Shown here: positions 9,713 to 19,222 of the stretch, one piece after another | Position numbering within the stretch: the first letter of the stretch is position 1 | Layout: the number at the start of each line of letters is the position of its first letter | Source: Dehalococcoidia bacterium | Lineage (GTDB): Bacteria; Chloroflexota; Dehalococcoidia; Bin125 | Direction: 5' to 3' | DNA: 64,000 nucleotides | NCBI GenBank assembly: GCA_965215375.1 | Contig: CBDCDO010000002.1 | Span: 975,685-1,039,684, forward strand | Translations under genes and position numbers: made by a program | Notes under the pieces: model-generated | What the model saw: only the letters and a program-made list of their open reading frames with translations | What the model was told of the DNA's origin: nothing | Databases searched by the model: none

Positions 9713-10198
9713 TTACTGCTCGTATTCCCGTTCGTACTTGAACTCGACCGTGTTGTTGATGTCGTCCAGCTCCCGCGTGTCGGTCTTGACGTAACCGAGG
9801 CGTTCGTAGAGGCGATGGGCTTCCTCGAAGCGGGTGTCCGACCAGAGTTCGATTCTCCAGGCTCCGTGCTCTTGGGCCCATTCCACGCCGGTCTCAAACA
9901 GCTTGCGTCCCAGTCCTTGACCTCGCAGATGTGCGTCCAGGTAGAGCCGATGCAGCTCGACCGTCGGCCCATCGACACGTTCGGCTGCAATCGAACCAAC
10001 GACCGCGCCTTCCTCATCGCGCATGACCCACATCCCGCCGATGGGCGACCGATACGGAAATGCGTGCTGCTCGGTCAGCAGATCCCAGAACTCGTCGACT
10101 GGATCCCAGATGAACTCGTACTCGTCGAAGACGCGATGAATCAGCTCGATCACTTCCGGCGCGTGTTCGTGACCGGCTGGTTCAATCTGGAAGGTCAT
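9713..10198 (-). CDS. GNAT family N-acetyltransferase
   Basis: 161 aa; GNAT acetyl-CoA motif (LHRLYLDAHLRGQGLGRKLFETGVEWAQEHGA); 21 bp upstream of hicA, same strand. Confidence 0.8.
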   Translation of the reverse strand: MTFQIEPAGHEHAPEVIELIHRVFDEYEFIWDPVDEFWDLLTEQHAFPYRSPIGGMWVMRDEEGAVVGSIAAERVDGPTVELHRLYLDAHLRGQGLGRKLFETGVEWAQEHGAWRIELWSDTRFEEAHRLYERLGYVKTDTRELDDINNTVEFKYEREYEQ

Positions 10199-10266
10199 GG
10201 CGCGTTACTCTGCTGCTCAAGACGACAACGATCGCGACACGTCGATCGGGCACGTGAGGAGCACGA

Positions 10267-11410
10267 TATGGGACCGCTCAGCGGGATTCGGATTATTGAA
10301 CTTCAGGGCATCGGACCGGGACCGTTCTGCGGGATGATCCTGTCCGACATGGGCGCCGACATCGTGCGCATCGACCGTGCGTCGAACGCGCCGGGCGAAG
10401 CCCCGGCCGATCCGCCCGGCGACCTGCTGGCTCGCGGCCGGCGTTCGATTGCGCTCGACTTGAAGAATCCTGAGGGCGTCGAGGTCGCGCTGAAACTGAT
10501 CGAAGGCGCGGACGCGGTGTTTGAGGGGTTCCGCCCCGGGGTGATGGAGCGTCTCGGGCTGGGGCCGGACGTCTGCCTGGAGCGCAATCCGAAGCTGGTC
10601 TACGGACGGATGACGGGCTGGGGGCAGGAAGGTCCCTACGCGCAGATGGCTGGCCACGACATCAACTACATTTCGCTGGCCGGTGCGCTCGCGCCGATTG
10701 CGCGCAAGGGGCAGGCGCCGGTGCCGCCGCTCAACCTGGTGGGCGACTTCGGTGGCGGTGGCATGTACCTCGCCGTGGGCATGCTGGGCGCGCTGATCGA
10801 GGCGCAACGATCAGGCAAGGGACAGGTCGTGGACGCGGCCATGGTCGACGGTGCGTCGTCGCTGATCACCTCGGTTCACGCCGGCCTGGCGACAGGCGGC
10901 TGGCGACGAGGTCGCGCGGCCAACGTGCTCGACACGGGCGCACACTTCTATGACGCCTACGAGACATTGGACGGCAAGTACGTCTCGATTGGCTCGATCG
11001 AGCCGCAGTTCTACGCCCAGTTGCTACATCTGCTGGGTCTCGAGAACGAAGAGCTGCCACGTCAGATGGACAACACCCGCTGGCCGGAACTGAAAGAGCG
11101 GGTCACGAACATTTTCCGCACGAAGACTCGGGCGGAATGGGAAGCGATCTTCGAGGGATCGGATGTCTGCTTCGGGCCGGTGCTGGAGCCATGGGAAGCG
11201 CCGAATCACCCGCACGCCAAGGCGCGCGGCGCGTTCGAAGAGGTCGCCGGTGTGGTGCAACCCGCGCCGGCTCCGCGCTTCAGCCGGACTGAGTCGAAGA
11301 TCCAGGGTCCGCCGGCTTATCCGGGTGAGCACACCGATGAGATTCTCGCCGAGATCGGGCTCAACGGATCGCAGGGCGAGGAGCTGAAGACGGCTGGGGC
11401 GGTGGCGTAG
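10267..11410 (+). CDS. Family III CoA-transferase (CaiB/BaiF; alpha-methylacyl-CoA racemase-like)
   Basis: 381 aa from ATG 10267 (MGPLSGIRIIELQGIGPGPFCGMILSDMGADIVRIDR); the ORF-track 618-aa ORF is an upstream read-through antisense to the GNAT/hicA genes. Confidence 0.85.
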
Positions 11411-11419
11411 ATTCGCTCA

Positions 11420-11520
11420 TCGGCGGGGACCCTCACCCCCCGCCTTCACGGGGGCAGGCTCTAACCCTCTCCCAGAGGGAGAGGGGATCCTGAGTCAGAT
11501 TCGAGAGGACTGGGGTGAGG
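11420..11520. repeat. Family-B GC-rich hairpin repeat
   Basis: GGGGACCCTCACCCCCCGCCTTCACGGGGGCAGG and CTCTCCCAGAGGGAGAGGGG stem-loops; related copies at 23430, 27060, 35480, 37170, 47520, 60200. Confidence 0.5.
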
Positions 11521-11530
11521 GCTCCGGAAA

Positions 11531-12586
11531 GTGAGTGCTATGGACTCTGTCACCGACTATCGACTTTATCCAGCGATTCAGGCTCAACCGTCTGAGTGCG
11601 CCAAGTTGTTGAGTAGCTCTCAACCGTTTGAGCGTGCAGCTCGGATGCTTGGCGATGCTGCTCGCGTCTGGACGGTTGGGATTGGCACCTCGTACAACGC
11701 GGCGAATGCGGCTGGATGGATGCTCCGCGCGGCGGGTCTGGAGGAGCGACCGCTGACGAGCTTCGAGTTCGCCACTTGGCCGTCCCTGTCCGAGGGCGAT
11801 GCCGTGTTGCTCTTCGCCCACACGGGACGCAAGACGTATAGCGGTCATGCACTCGCGCTTTGCATTGAGCGTGGCGTACCGGTCGTCCTGATTACCAAGG
11901 TCGACACCGGCTTCGACCTCGATTCATTCCCTGACAGTGTGACCGTCCTGCACACGACAACGCAGGATCCTTCGGCGATGTACACGGTCTCGCACACGAC
12001 CGCGATGACCGCGGCAGCGATGATCGCTGATACCGTTTCGCCCGGTGCATTGGGCGATATCTCGGAGATCCCGTCGGCACTGGCGGCTGCGCTGACGTTG
12101 GAGGATGCGGTCGCTGAGCTGGCGGCGGAATGGGCATCGGGCGCGTTGATCGCGTTGGGCGCGGGTCCGATGCTGAGCGCTGCCGAGGAGGCGCACATCA
12201 AGATTGCTGAAGCGTCGCGCCGCGCGGTGCGTCACCAAGAGCCGGAGTCGTTCCTGCACGGACCCGCAGTGCAGATCGTTGACTCCGACCGCGTGCTCGC
12301 GTTCGCGGCCGATGATGCGTCGTCAGAGCGGACCCGCGCGATTGTGCAGTTGACGATCGACAACGGCTGCTCGGCAGCGTGGGTGGCGCCACGGAACGTG
12401 CGCGGTCCAGAGGCGGCGCGTCATCTGACGCTGCCCAACCTGTCGCCAGTGCTGTTGACGATCCCGTCGGTCGTGCCAGCGCAACTGCTGGCTGCACACT
12501 TGGCCGCCAACGACGGTGTCAACGCCGACGACTTCCGCACCGACGTCCCCCAATTCCGCGAGGCGCTGTCGCAGCTATCGCTGTGA
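11531..12586 (+). CDS. SIS (sugar isomerase) domain protein
   Basis: 351 aa; two SIS-like segments (VWTVGIGTSYNAANAAGW; LIALGAGPMLSAAEEAHIKIAEAS). Confidence 0.7.
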   Translation: MSAMDSVTDYRLYPAIQAQPSECAKLLSSSQPFERAARMLGDAARVWTVGIGTSYNAANAAGWMLRAAGLEERPLTSFEFATWPSLSEGDAVLLFAHTGRKTYSGHALALCIERGVPVVLITKVDTGFDLDSFPDSVTVLHTTTQDPSAMYTVSHTTAMTAAAMIADTVSPGALGDISEIPSALAAALTLEDAVAELAAEWASGALIALGAGPMLSAAEEAHIKIAEASRRAVRHQEPESFLHGPAVQIVDSDRVLAFAADDASSERTRAIVQLTIDNGCSAAWVAPRNVRGPEAARHLTLPNLSPVLLTIPSVVPAQLLAAHLAANDGVNADDFRTDVPQFREALSQLSL

Positions 12587-12613
12587 GGATCTGCAGCGAG
12601 ACCAGGTGCCGAG

Positions 12614-15397
12614 TCAGCCCAGGGCGTTGATTCTTGACTCGAGGTCGGTTTGTTGACGTTGGAGGTCGGCGGCGAGGTCTTGGGCTTGTTGGACGACCTT
12701 TGGTGGCGCTTTGGCGCGGAAGCCTTCGTTGGCGAGTTTGGCCTCGGCCCCTCGGAGGCGCTTTTGCACGACATCGAGATCCTTGTTCAACCGCGCGCGC
12801 TCCTGTTCCAGATCGACGAGACCGCCCAAGGGGAGAATCACCTCGGCGACCGGTAGGACGGCAGAGGCGATCTGGTCGGTGGGTGCTTGGTCGCGGTTGG
12901 ACACGATCGTCAGCGGTCGGGCCCGTGCGAGCACTTCCACCACGGGCCGGGTGGCGCGAACCGCATCGGCGACGTCGCCCTGCGGGAGCACATACGCCTC
13001 GGCCCAAGTGCCGGCTTGGACTCGGTAGTCGGCGCGGACTTGACGGATGGCAGTGACGATCTCCCTGACCGCGGCGAACTCGGTCTCGGCATTGTGGTCA
13101 CGAGCGGTATCGCCTGGTTGCGGATAGCGGGCGCTGATTAGAGCGGTGGAGTCGGCGGCGTCGCCGAGATGTGGTCGGAGCTGTTGCCAAATTGCCTCCG
13201 TCACGAACGGCATCCAGGGATGCAACAGGCGGAGGCCGCCATCGAGGACGCGAATGAGCACCGGAAGCGGTGAGAGGTCGCCGCTGCGCAGGCGGACCTT
13301 GCTCGCCTCGACGTACCAGTCGAAGAACTCGCCCCAGAGGAAGTCCTGGATTTGACGACCGGCCTCGCCCAGTTGGAACTGACGGAGCAATTCGTCCACC
13401 GATTCGGTGACGGCTTGCAGTCGGGAGAGGATCCATCGGTCTTCGAGCGGGACGTCCGTCGCCTTCGGCTCGTCTCTCTGCGAGGGAGAGGAAGCAGGGT
13501 CAGCGCTGGCGATTTCGCCGAGGACGAACTTGGCTCCGTTCCAGAGTTTGTTGGCGAAGTTTCGGGACCCTTCCAGGCGCTCGTCGGTGAGGCGCATGTC
13601 GTTGCCGGGAGTTGAGCCGGTGGCGAGCGTGAAGCGCAGGGCGTCCATGCCGTATTGGTCGGCCTTCTCGAGCGGGTCGATCACGTTGTCGAGCGATTTC
13701 GACATCTTGCGACCCTCGGCGTCGCGGACCAGTCCGTGCAGGTAGACGGTGTGGAATGGCGGCGCGTCCAGGTTGTAGCAACCCAGCATGATCATCCGCG
13801 CGACCCAGAAGAAGAGGATGTCGTAGCCGGTTTCCATCACCGAGGAGGGATAGAAGCGGGACAGGTCATCGGTCGTCTCGGGCCAGCCGAGGGTCGAGTG
13901 TGTCCACAGACCGGATGAGAACCAGGTGTCGAGCACGTCCGGGTCCCGGACGAGATCTGTGTCGCCGCAGGTTGGGCAGCGGGTCGGGTCTTGTAGCTCG
14001 ACGATGGGGTGCGAACCCTCGTCGATCGTGATCTCGCCATCGTCGGCGGTGATGATTGCGTCGGCGTCGCAACCGCGGCAGTACCACGCGGGAATGCGGT
14101 GTCCCCACCAGAGCTGTCGCGAGATGCACCAGGGGCGAATGTTATCCATCCACTGGAGGTATACATTCTTCGAGCGCTCGGGGACGATTCGGACTTCGTC
14201 CTCGCGCACCACGCGTGCTGCTTCTGCCGCCATCTCATCGGTATCGACGAACCACTGATTGGAGACCAGCGGCTCGACCACCACGCCTGAGCGCTGCGAG
14301 TGTCCGACGTTGTGGATGTGCGACTCGGTCCTCACGAGGTAGCCGTCTTCGTCGAGGTGTTGGGCGACGAGACTGCGCGCCTCATCGCGGTCCATACCTG
14401 CGTAGAGACCCGCTTCCGCCGTGAGGGTGCCGTCCCAGTCGACAACGCGAATCGGCTCGAGACCGTGGCGCTCGCCGATCTCGAAGTCGAGTTGGTCGTG
14501 TCCCGGCGTGATTTTGAGTGCACCGGTGCCGAACTCGAGGTCTACGCCGTCGTCCGCGATGAGGGGGATTAGGCGATCGAATCCGCGCAGCGGCAGGCGC
14601 ACGTGTCGCCCGAGGTGCGGCTGCCAACGCTCGTCGGCAGGGTGTACGGCGATGGCGACGTCAGCAGGAATCGTCTCTGGTCGGGTGGTGGCGATTGTGA
14701 CACCGTCGTCGAGTTCATTGCCGCGCTCGTCGACGAATGGATAGCGGACGTGCCAGAGTTTGCCCTCTTCCTCCTCGTATTCGACCTCGACATCGGAGAG
14801 CGCGGTGAGCATCTGGGGGTCCCAGTTGATGATCCGCGCGCCGCGGTAGATTTTGCCGTCTTTGAAGAGGTCAACGAAGGTCTTGCGGACCGCGGCGCGC
14901 GGGGTTGCGTCGAGGGTGAAGGCGGTGCGCTCCCAATCGCAGGAGGCGCCCATGCGTCTCGCTTGCGCGGTGATCCGCGGACGCGTGACGCCGACCCAGT
15001 CCCAGACACGCTCCTCGAAGGCCTCGCGGCCGAGGTCGTGGCGGGTCATGCCCTCGCGGGCGAGCTGCTGCTCGACAACGCTCTGGGTGGCGATGCCGGC
15101 GTGATCGAGTCCTGGCAGCCACAGCGTGGGCTCGCCGAGCATGCGGTGCCAACGGATCAGCGCGTCCTCAATCGTCAGCGTGACCGCGTGTCCGAGGTGG
15201 AGCACGCCGGTCACATTGGGCGGCGGCATGATCACGGTGAATGCATCACCGTCATTGAGCGCTTGATCGGTTGGGCGGAACCATCCGTTGTCCTCCCAGA
15301 AGGCGTAAATCGGATCTTCAACGAGGGACGCGTCGTAGGCGCCGCTGAGGTCGCTGAGGATGGACAGGTCGAGTGCGGTCGGTTCCGAAGTGGTCAC
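12614..15397 (-). CDS. valS: Valine--tRNA ligase
   Basis: 927 aa; HIGH (PPPNVTGVLHLGHA) and KMSKS motifs, C-terminal coiled-coil. Confidence 0.95.
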   Translation of the reverse strand: MTTSEPTALDLSILSDLSGAYDASLVEDPIYAFWEDNGWFRPTDQALNDGDAFTVIMPPPNVTGVLHLGHAVTLTIEDALIRWHRMLGEPTLWLPGLDHAGIATQSVVEQQLAREGMTRHDLGREAFEERVWDWVGVTRPRITAQARRMGASCDWERTAFTLDATPRAAVRKTFVDLFKDGKIYRGARIINWDPQMLTALSDVEVEYEEEEGKLWHVRYPFVDERGNELDDGVTIATTRPETIPADVAIAVHPADERWQPHLGRHVRLPLRGFDRLIPLIADDGVDLEFGTGALKITPGHDQLDFEIGERHGLEPIRVVDWDGTLTAEAGLYAGMDRDEARSLVAQHLDEDGYLVRTESHIHNVGHSQRSGVVVEPLVSNQWFVDTDEMAAEAARVVREDEVRIVPERSKNVYLQWMDNIRPWCISRQLWWGHRIPAWYCRGCDADAIITADDGEITIDEGSHPIVELQDPTRCPTCGDTDLVRDPDVLDTWFSSGLWTHSTLGWPETTDDLSRFYPSSVMETGYDILFFWVARMIMLGCYNLDAPPFHTVYLHGLVRDAEGRKMSKSLDNVIDPLEKADQYGMDALRFTLATGSTPGNDMRLTDERLEGSRNFANKLWNGAKFVLGEIASADPASSPSQRDEPKATDVPLEDRWILSRLQAVTESVDELLRQFQLGEAGRQIQDFLWGEFFDWYVEASKVRLRSGDLSPLPVLIRVLDGGLRLLHPWMPFVTEAIWQQLRPHLGDAADSTALISARYPQPGDTARDHNAETEFAAVREIVTAIRQVRADYRVQAGTWAEAYVLPQGDVADAVRATRPVVEVLARARPLTIVSNRDQAPTDQIASAVLPVAEVILPLGGLVDLEQERARLNKDLDVVQKRLRGAEAKLANEGFRAKAPPKVVQQAQDLAADLQRQQTDLESRINALG

Positions 15398-15522
15398 AGT
15401 TGGACTCCGCGTGATCGCATGAATGCGAATGGATCGTTGGTGCTGGCTGGCGGACGCTTGGCGCGTGCTTGCGGTTCGGCGCGTGTTGGAGGTTGCGTCC
15501 GTCGAGGTTGGACGCGCCGAAC

Positions 15523-16416
15523 CTAGCCTACGGCGACCAGGACGCCGTCGATCACATCGGAATCATCGACCGGTTGATCGACACGTGTCTGCCGGCGTCG
15601 ATGGCGTCGTTGTTTGGCGGCTTCCAGCTCGTAGAGCATTTCCATTCCTTGCCGCGTGTCCGAGGCGACGCGCGCAGGGTCCTGGCGTTCGAGTCGGCGA
15701 CGGAAGAGCCAGTAGGTGAAGGCCTGCCACTCTGAATGTTCGATGCGTTCCGGGTCAGCGTGGTCGCGATGGATGGCGGCGCGGTACTCGCGCAGGAGGT
15801 CGGCTTGGCGCGTTCCGTAGATTCGACCGAAGACATCGCCGTCGAGGTCGCCGCGCGCGTGCGAGAACTCGATTCCGCTGCGCTCCTTCTGGAGCACGCG
15901 CTCAATGGCGAGGTGCAGCGCCTGCTCGACTCGGACACCGTAGAGGAAGTTGAGGTGCGCCCAATACTTGGCCGTGCCGAGACGCTCCTGAAACTCGGGT
16001 TCGCTGAGCGGAACCGGCGGGGCCTCGTCGAAGAGGAGCGCTTCCACCTCGGCGAGAGGCAATAGCCCTGCCGGGGCCGAGTCACAGATCCGCTCCGCGA
16101 GGAGGAGCCAGTCGAAGGCTTCGTGCTCGATCAGGTAGACATATTCACGACCGTCGGCGGTCTCGCGTGGTACATCCCAGTCGCGGATGCAGTCGAGGAG
16201 TGCGTCGAACCAGGGGGTTCCCGCTCTCAACCGGGCATGGAATTGGGCGAGCAAGGCTACGGGGCCGAACTCGATCAGTTCGTGATCGATGACATGGTCG
16301 CCGTCATCTGCGTGATCGGGGGCGAATCCAGTCTCGACGGGTCCGTCACCGGTGGCTCGATCTCTGATGTGCGGAAACGGGATGTCACTTGCTGCTTCCG
16401 ACTTCGCGTTTGCCAT
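15523..16416 (-). CDS. Hypothetical protein (start probably MANAK at 16416, abutting secA stop)
   Basis: About 297 aa acidic ORF, no recognizable family; 3 bp downstream of secA on same strand. Confidence 0.5.
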   Translation of the reverse strand: MANAKSEAASDIPFPHIRDRATGDGPVETGFAPDHADDGDHVIDHELIEFGPVALLAQFHARLRAGTPWFDALLDCIRDWDVPRETADGREYVYLIEHEAFDWLLLAERICDSAPAGLLPLAEVEALLFDEAPPVPLSEPEFQERLGTAKYWAHLNFLYGVRVEQALHLAIERVLQKERSGIEFSHARGDLDGDVFGRIYGTRQADLLREYRAAIHRDHADPERIEHSEWQAFTYWLFRRRLERQDPARVASDTRQGMEMLYELEAAKQRRHRRRQTRVDQPVDDSDVIDGVLVAVG

Positions 16417-16418
16417 CC

Positions 16419-19154
16419 TCAAGCCGCCTTCCCGCAGCAACGCTTGAACTTCTTCCCGCTCCCACACGGACACGGGGCGTTTCGCCCGACCTTCTGTCCG
16501 CCGTTTTGAACGGTTGACGTCGCGGGACGGCTCGCGACCGCGACGCCTCCGCTCGAACCGCCTGATTCTCGCACGTTGCTGACTCGCACCGGTGCGCCCG
16601 TCGTGCCGGCTGGGAGTCCGCGGGGACGGCGACTGGTCGGTGCGGGCGCGCCGGGCGCGCCGGGTTCGTCGACGCGGATTGTGGCGTGCATGACCGACGC
16701 GGAGACCTCACGGCGCAAGGTGGCGATCAGCTGATCGAACATGTCGAACGCCTCGCGCTTGTAGGTCACCAGTGGATCCTGCTGTCCGTAGGCCTGCAGG
16801 CCGACACCCTGTCGCAGCCCGTCGATTTCGGTGAGGTGTCGGATCCAGAGCCGATCCATCGTCCGCAGGACGAGTCCGCGGAGCAGTTCGATCGAGGTTC
16901 CGTCAACGGTTCGGGTGTCGATCTTCTCGGCGAGCTCGCGGAGCGCTTCGGCGGCGTGGTCGCGCAGGGCTTCGACGCATTCATCCAACTCGGCGCCGTA
17001 GAGCGCGTCGCGGTCGAGTCCAGTCAGGGGCAGCACTTGGGCAGCGTCCTGCCAGAACTCATCAGCGGTGGTGTCGTCCCAGAGTTCATTAGCGAAGGCT
17101 TCTTGCACATCGTCGATCGTCTGCAAGAGCATGTCTTCAACGATCTCGATCAGCTCTTCCTTCGCGGTCAGCACTTTGTCGCGCTCGGCGTAGATCACCT
17201 CTCGCTGGCGATTGATCACATCGTCGTAGTCGACGAGATGTTTGCGGATGTCGAAGTGGTAGGTTTCGACCTTCTGTTGCGCCTGTTCGAGCGCTTTGCC
17301 GACCATCCCGGACTCGAGCGGGGTGCCGTCCTCGAGGCCCGCTTTCTCCAACATGCCGGGTAGCCAGTCGGGGGTGAATCGCTTCATGATCCCGTCTTCA
17401 AACGAGACATAAAAGCGCGACGAGCCAGGGTCGCCCTGCCGACCGGCGCGACCGCGTAGCTGGTTGTCGATTCGTCGCGACTCGTGTCGCTCGGTGCCGA
17501 TCACGGCGAGACCGCCGCGCTTGGCCACACCTTCGCCAAGTTTGATGTCGGTGCCGCGACCAGCCATGTTCGTGGCGATCGTGACGGCGCCTGGTTCGCC
17601 GGCGTTGGTGATGATCTGTGCTTCGCGCTCATGCTGCTTGGCGTTGAGCACTTCGTGGCCAATGCGTCGACGTCGGAGCATGGACGAGAGCTGCTCGGAG
17701 GTCTCGACCGAGGCGGTGCCGACGAGCACTGGTCGACCGTCCTTCGCGAGGTCGGCGATTTCACTGATTGCGGCCTCGAACTTGGCCTTCTCGGTGCGGA
17801 AGACGAGGTCAGCCTGATCGTCGCGGACCATGTCGCGATGGGTCGGGATGATGACTACGTCGAGTTCGTAAATTTTGTGCAGCTCTTCAGCCTCGGTTGC
17901 GGCGGTGCCGGTCATGCCCGAGAGCTTTTGGTACATGCGGAAGTAGTTCTGGTAGGTGATCGTGGCGAGGGTGACGGTTTCGCGCTCAACCGAGACGCCC
18001 TCTTTGGCTTCAATCGCCTGGTGCAGACCTTCGGAGTAGCGCCGACCGTCCATCATCCGGCCGGTGAACTCGTCGACGATCACGACCTTGCCGCCGCGGA
18101 CGACATAATCGCGGTCGCGCTGGTACATGAACTGCGCCTTGAGCGCCGAGTCGAGGAAGCGGGTCAGTCGTGCGTTCTCGCCCTCGAACAGGTTGTCGAT
18201 GCCGAGCTGGTCCTCGACCTTGGCGATACCCTCTTCCGTCATCGCGACGGTGCGCGACTTGGGGTCTGGGGTGAAATGAGCCTCGGGTTGCAGGCCGCGC
18301 ACGAGGTTGGCGAAGACGCGATAGGTATCGAGCGATTCTTCGGCCTGACCGGAGATGATCAGCGGCGTCCGCGCCTCGTCGATGAGGATGTTGTCGACCT
18401 CGTCGACGATCGCGTAGGCGAGCGGTCGCTGGACCTTCTCGGACGCGTTCATGACCATGTTGTCGCGCAGGTAGTCGAATCCGAACTCGTTGTTGGTGCC
18501 GTAGGTGATATCGGCGCGGTAGGCTTCCTGTCGCGGGACGGGACGGAGCATTTTGAGGTCGCCGAGTTCGCGCCGACGCTGCAACTCCTCGGCGTCCATC
18601 GACTCCGGGTTCTCGATGTCGACGGTCGAGTCGGCCTCGGGGTCGAACATGAACGCGGCGCGATGCTGGAGCACGCCGACGCTGAGGCCGAGCGCGTGGA
18701 AGATTGGCGCCATCCACTGGGCGTCGCGCTTGGCGAGGTAGTCGTTGACGGTGATCAGATGCGCGCCGTCACCCTCGAGCGCGTTGAGATAGAGCGCGAG
18801 GGTTGCGACCAAGGTTTTGCCCTCGCCAGTGCGCATTTCTGCGATTTTGCCCTGATGTAGGACGATTCCGCCGACGATCTGGACGTCGTAGTGGCGCATC
18901 TGGACTTGGCGCGTCGCCGCTTCGCGGACGACGGCGAAGGCCTCAGGCAGGATGTCGTCGAGCGAGGCGCCATCTTCGAGTCGGTCGATGAACTCGGACG
19001 TTTTGGCGCGGAGTTCGTCGTTGCGGAGTCGTTTGACCTCAGACTCCCAGTCGGCGACAGCACCGACGGCACCGGAGAGTCGTTTGACTTCGCGCGCATT
19101 GGCGTCGCCGATGAGCGATCCCGCTCGCTTCTTCGCCCGATCGAGCAGACCCAT
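16419..19154 (-). CDS. secA: Preprotein translocase ATPase SecA
   Basis: 911 aa; DEAD-like motor motifs, C-terminal zinc finger CPCGSGKKFKRCCG. Confidence 0.95.
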   Translation of the reverse strand: MGLLDRAKKRAGSLIGDANAREVKRLSGAVGAVADWESEVKRLRNDELRAKTSEFIDRLEDGASLDDILPEAFAVVREAATRQVQMRHYDVQIVGGIVLHQGKIAEMRTGEGKTLVATLALYLNALEGDGAHLITVNDYLAKRDAQWMAPIFHALGLSVGVLQHRAAFMFDPEADSTVDIENPESMDAEELQRRRELGDLKMLRPVPRQEAYRADITYGTNNEFGFDYLRDNMVMNASEKVQRPLAYAIVDEVDNILIDEARTPLIISGQAEESLDTYRVFANLVRGLQPEAHFTPDPKSRTVAMTEEGIAKVEDQLGIDNLFEGENARLTRFLDSALKAQFMYQRDRDYVVRGGKVVIVDEFTGRMMDGRRYSEGLHQAIEAKEGVSVERETVTLATITYQNYFRMYQKLSGMTGTAATEAEELHKIYELDVVIIPTHRDMVRDDQADLVFRTEKAKFEAAISEIADLAKDGRPVLVGTASVETSEQLSSMLRRRRIGHEVLNAKQHEREAQIITNAGEPGAVTIATNMAGRGTDIKLGEGVAKRGGLAVIGTERHESRRIDNQLRGRAGRQGDPGSSRFYVSFEDGIMKRFTPDWLPGMLEKAGLEDGTPLESGMVGKALEQAQQKVETYHFDIRKHLVDYDDVINRQREVIYAERDKVLTAKEELIEIVEDMLLQTIDDVQEAFANELWDDTTADEFWQDAAQVLPLTGLDRDALYGAELDECVEALRDHAAEALRELAEKIDTRTVDGTSIELLRGLVLRTMDRLWIRHLTEIDGLRQGVGLQAYGQQDPLVTYKREAFDMFDQLIATLRREVSASVMHATIRVDEPGAPGAPAPTSRRPRGLPAGTTGAPVRVSNVRESGGSSGGVAVASRPATSTVQNGGQKVGRNAPCPCGSGKKFKRCCGKAA

Positions 19155-19222
19155 CCAAGAACCTCATCGCTCCAGCCCCACCGCAGGGCATACATATCCA
19201 GCATAGCCCGACGGGGATCAGC

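Noticed and set aside
9554-10266. N-terminal 237 codons of the 618-aa ORF 9554..11410
   Set aside because: This part is antisense to hicA and the GNAT gene and lacks CoA-transferase homology; the true start is ATG 10267 (MGPLSGIRIIELQ).
15398-15522. T-box leader upstream of valS
   Set aside because: No AGGGUGG...ACC T-box or specifier structure visible in the 125-bp upstream region.
17484-18860. 458-aa plus-strand ORF and 18010..18717 minus-strand ORF inside secA
   Set aside because: Overlap the unmistakable SecA reading frame; no motifs.
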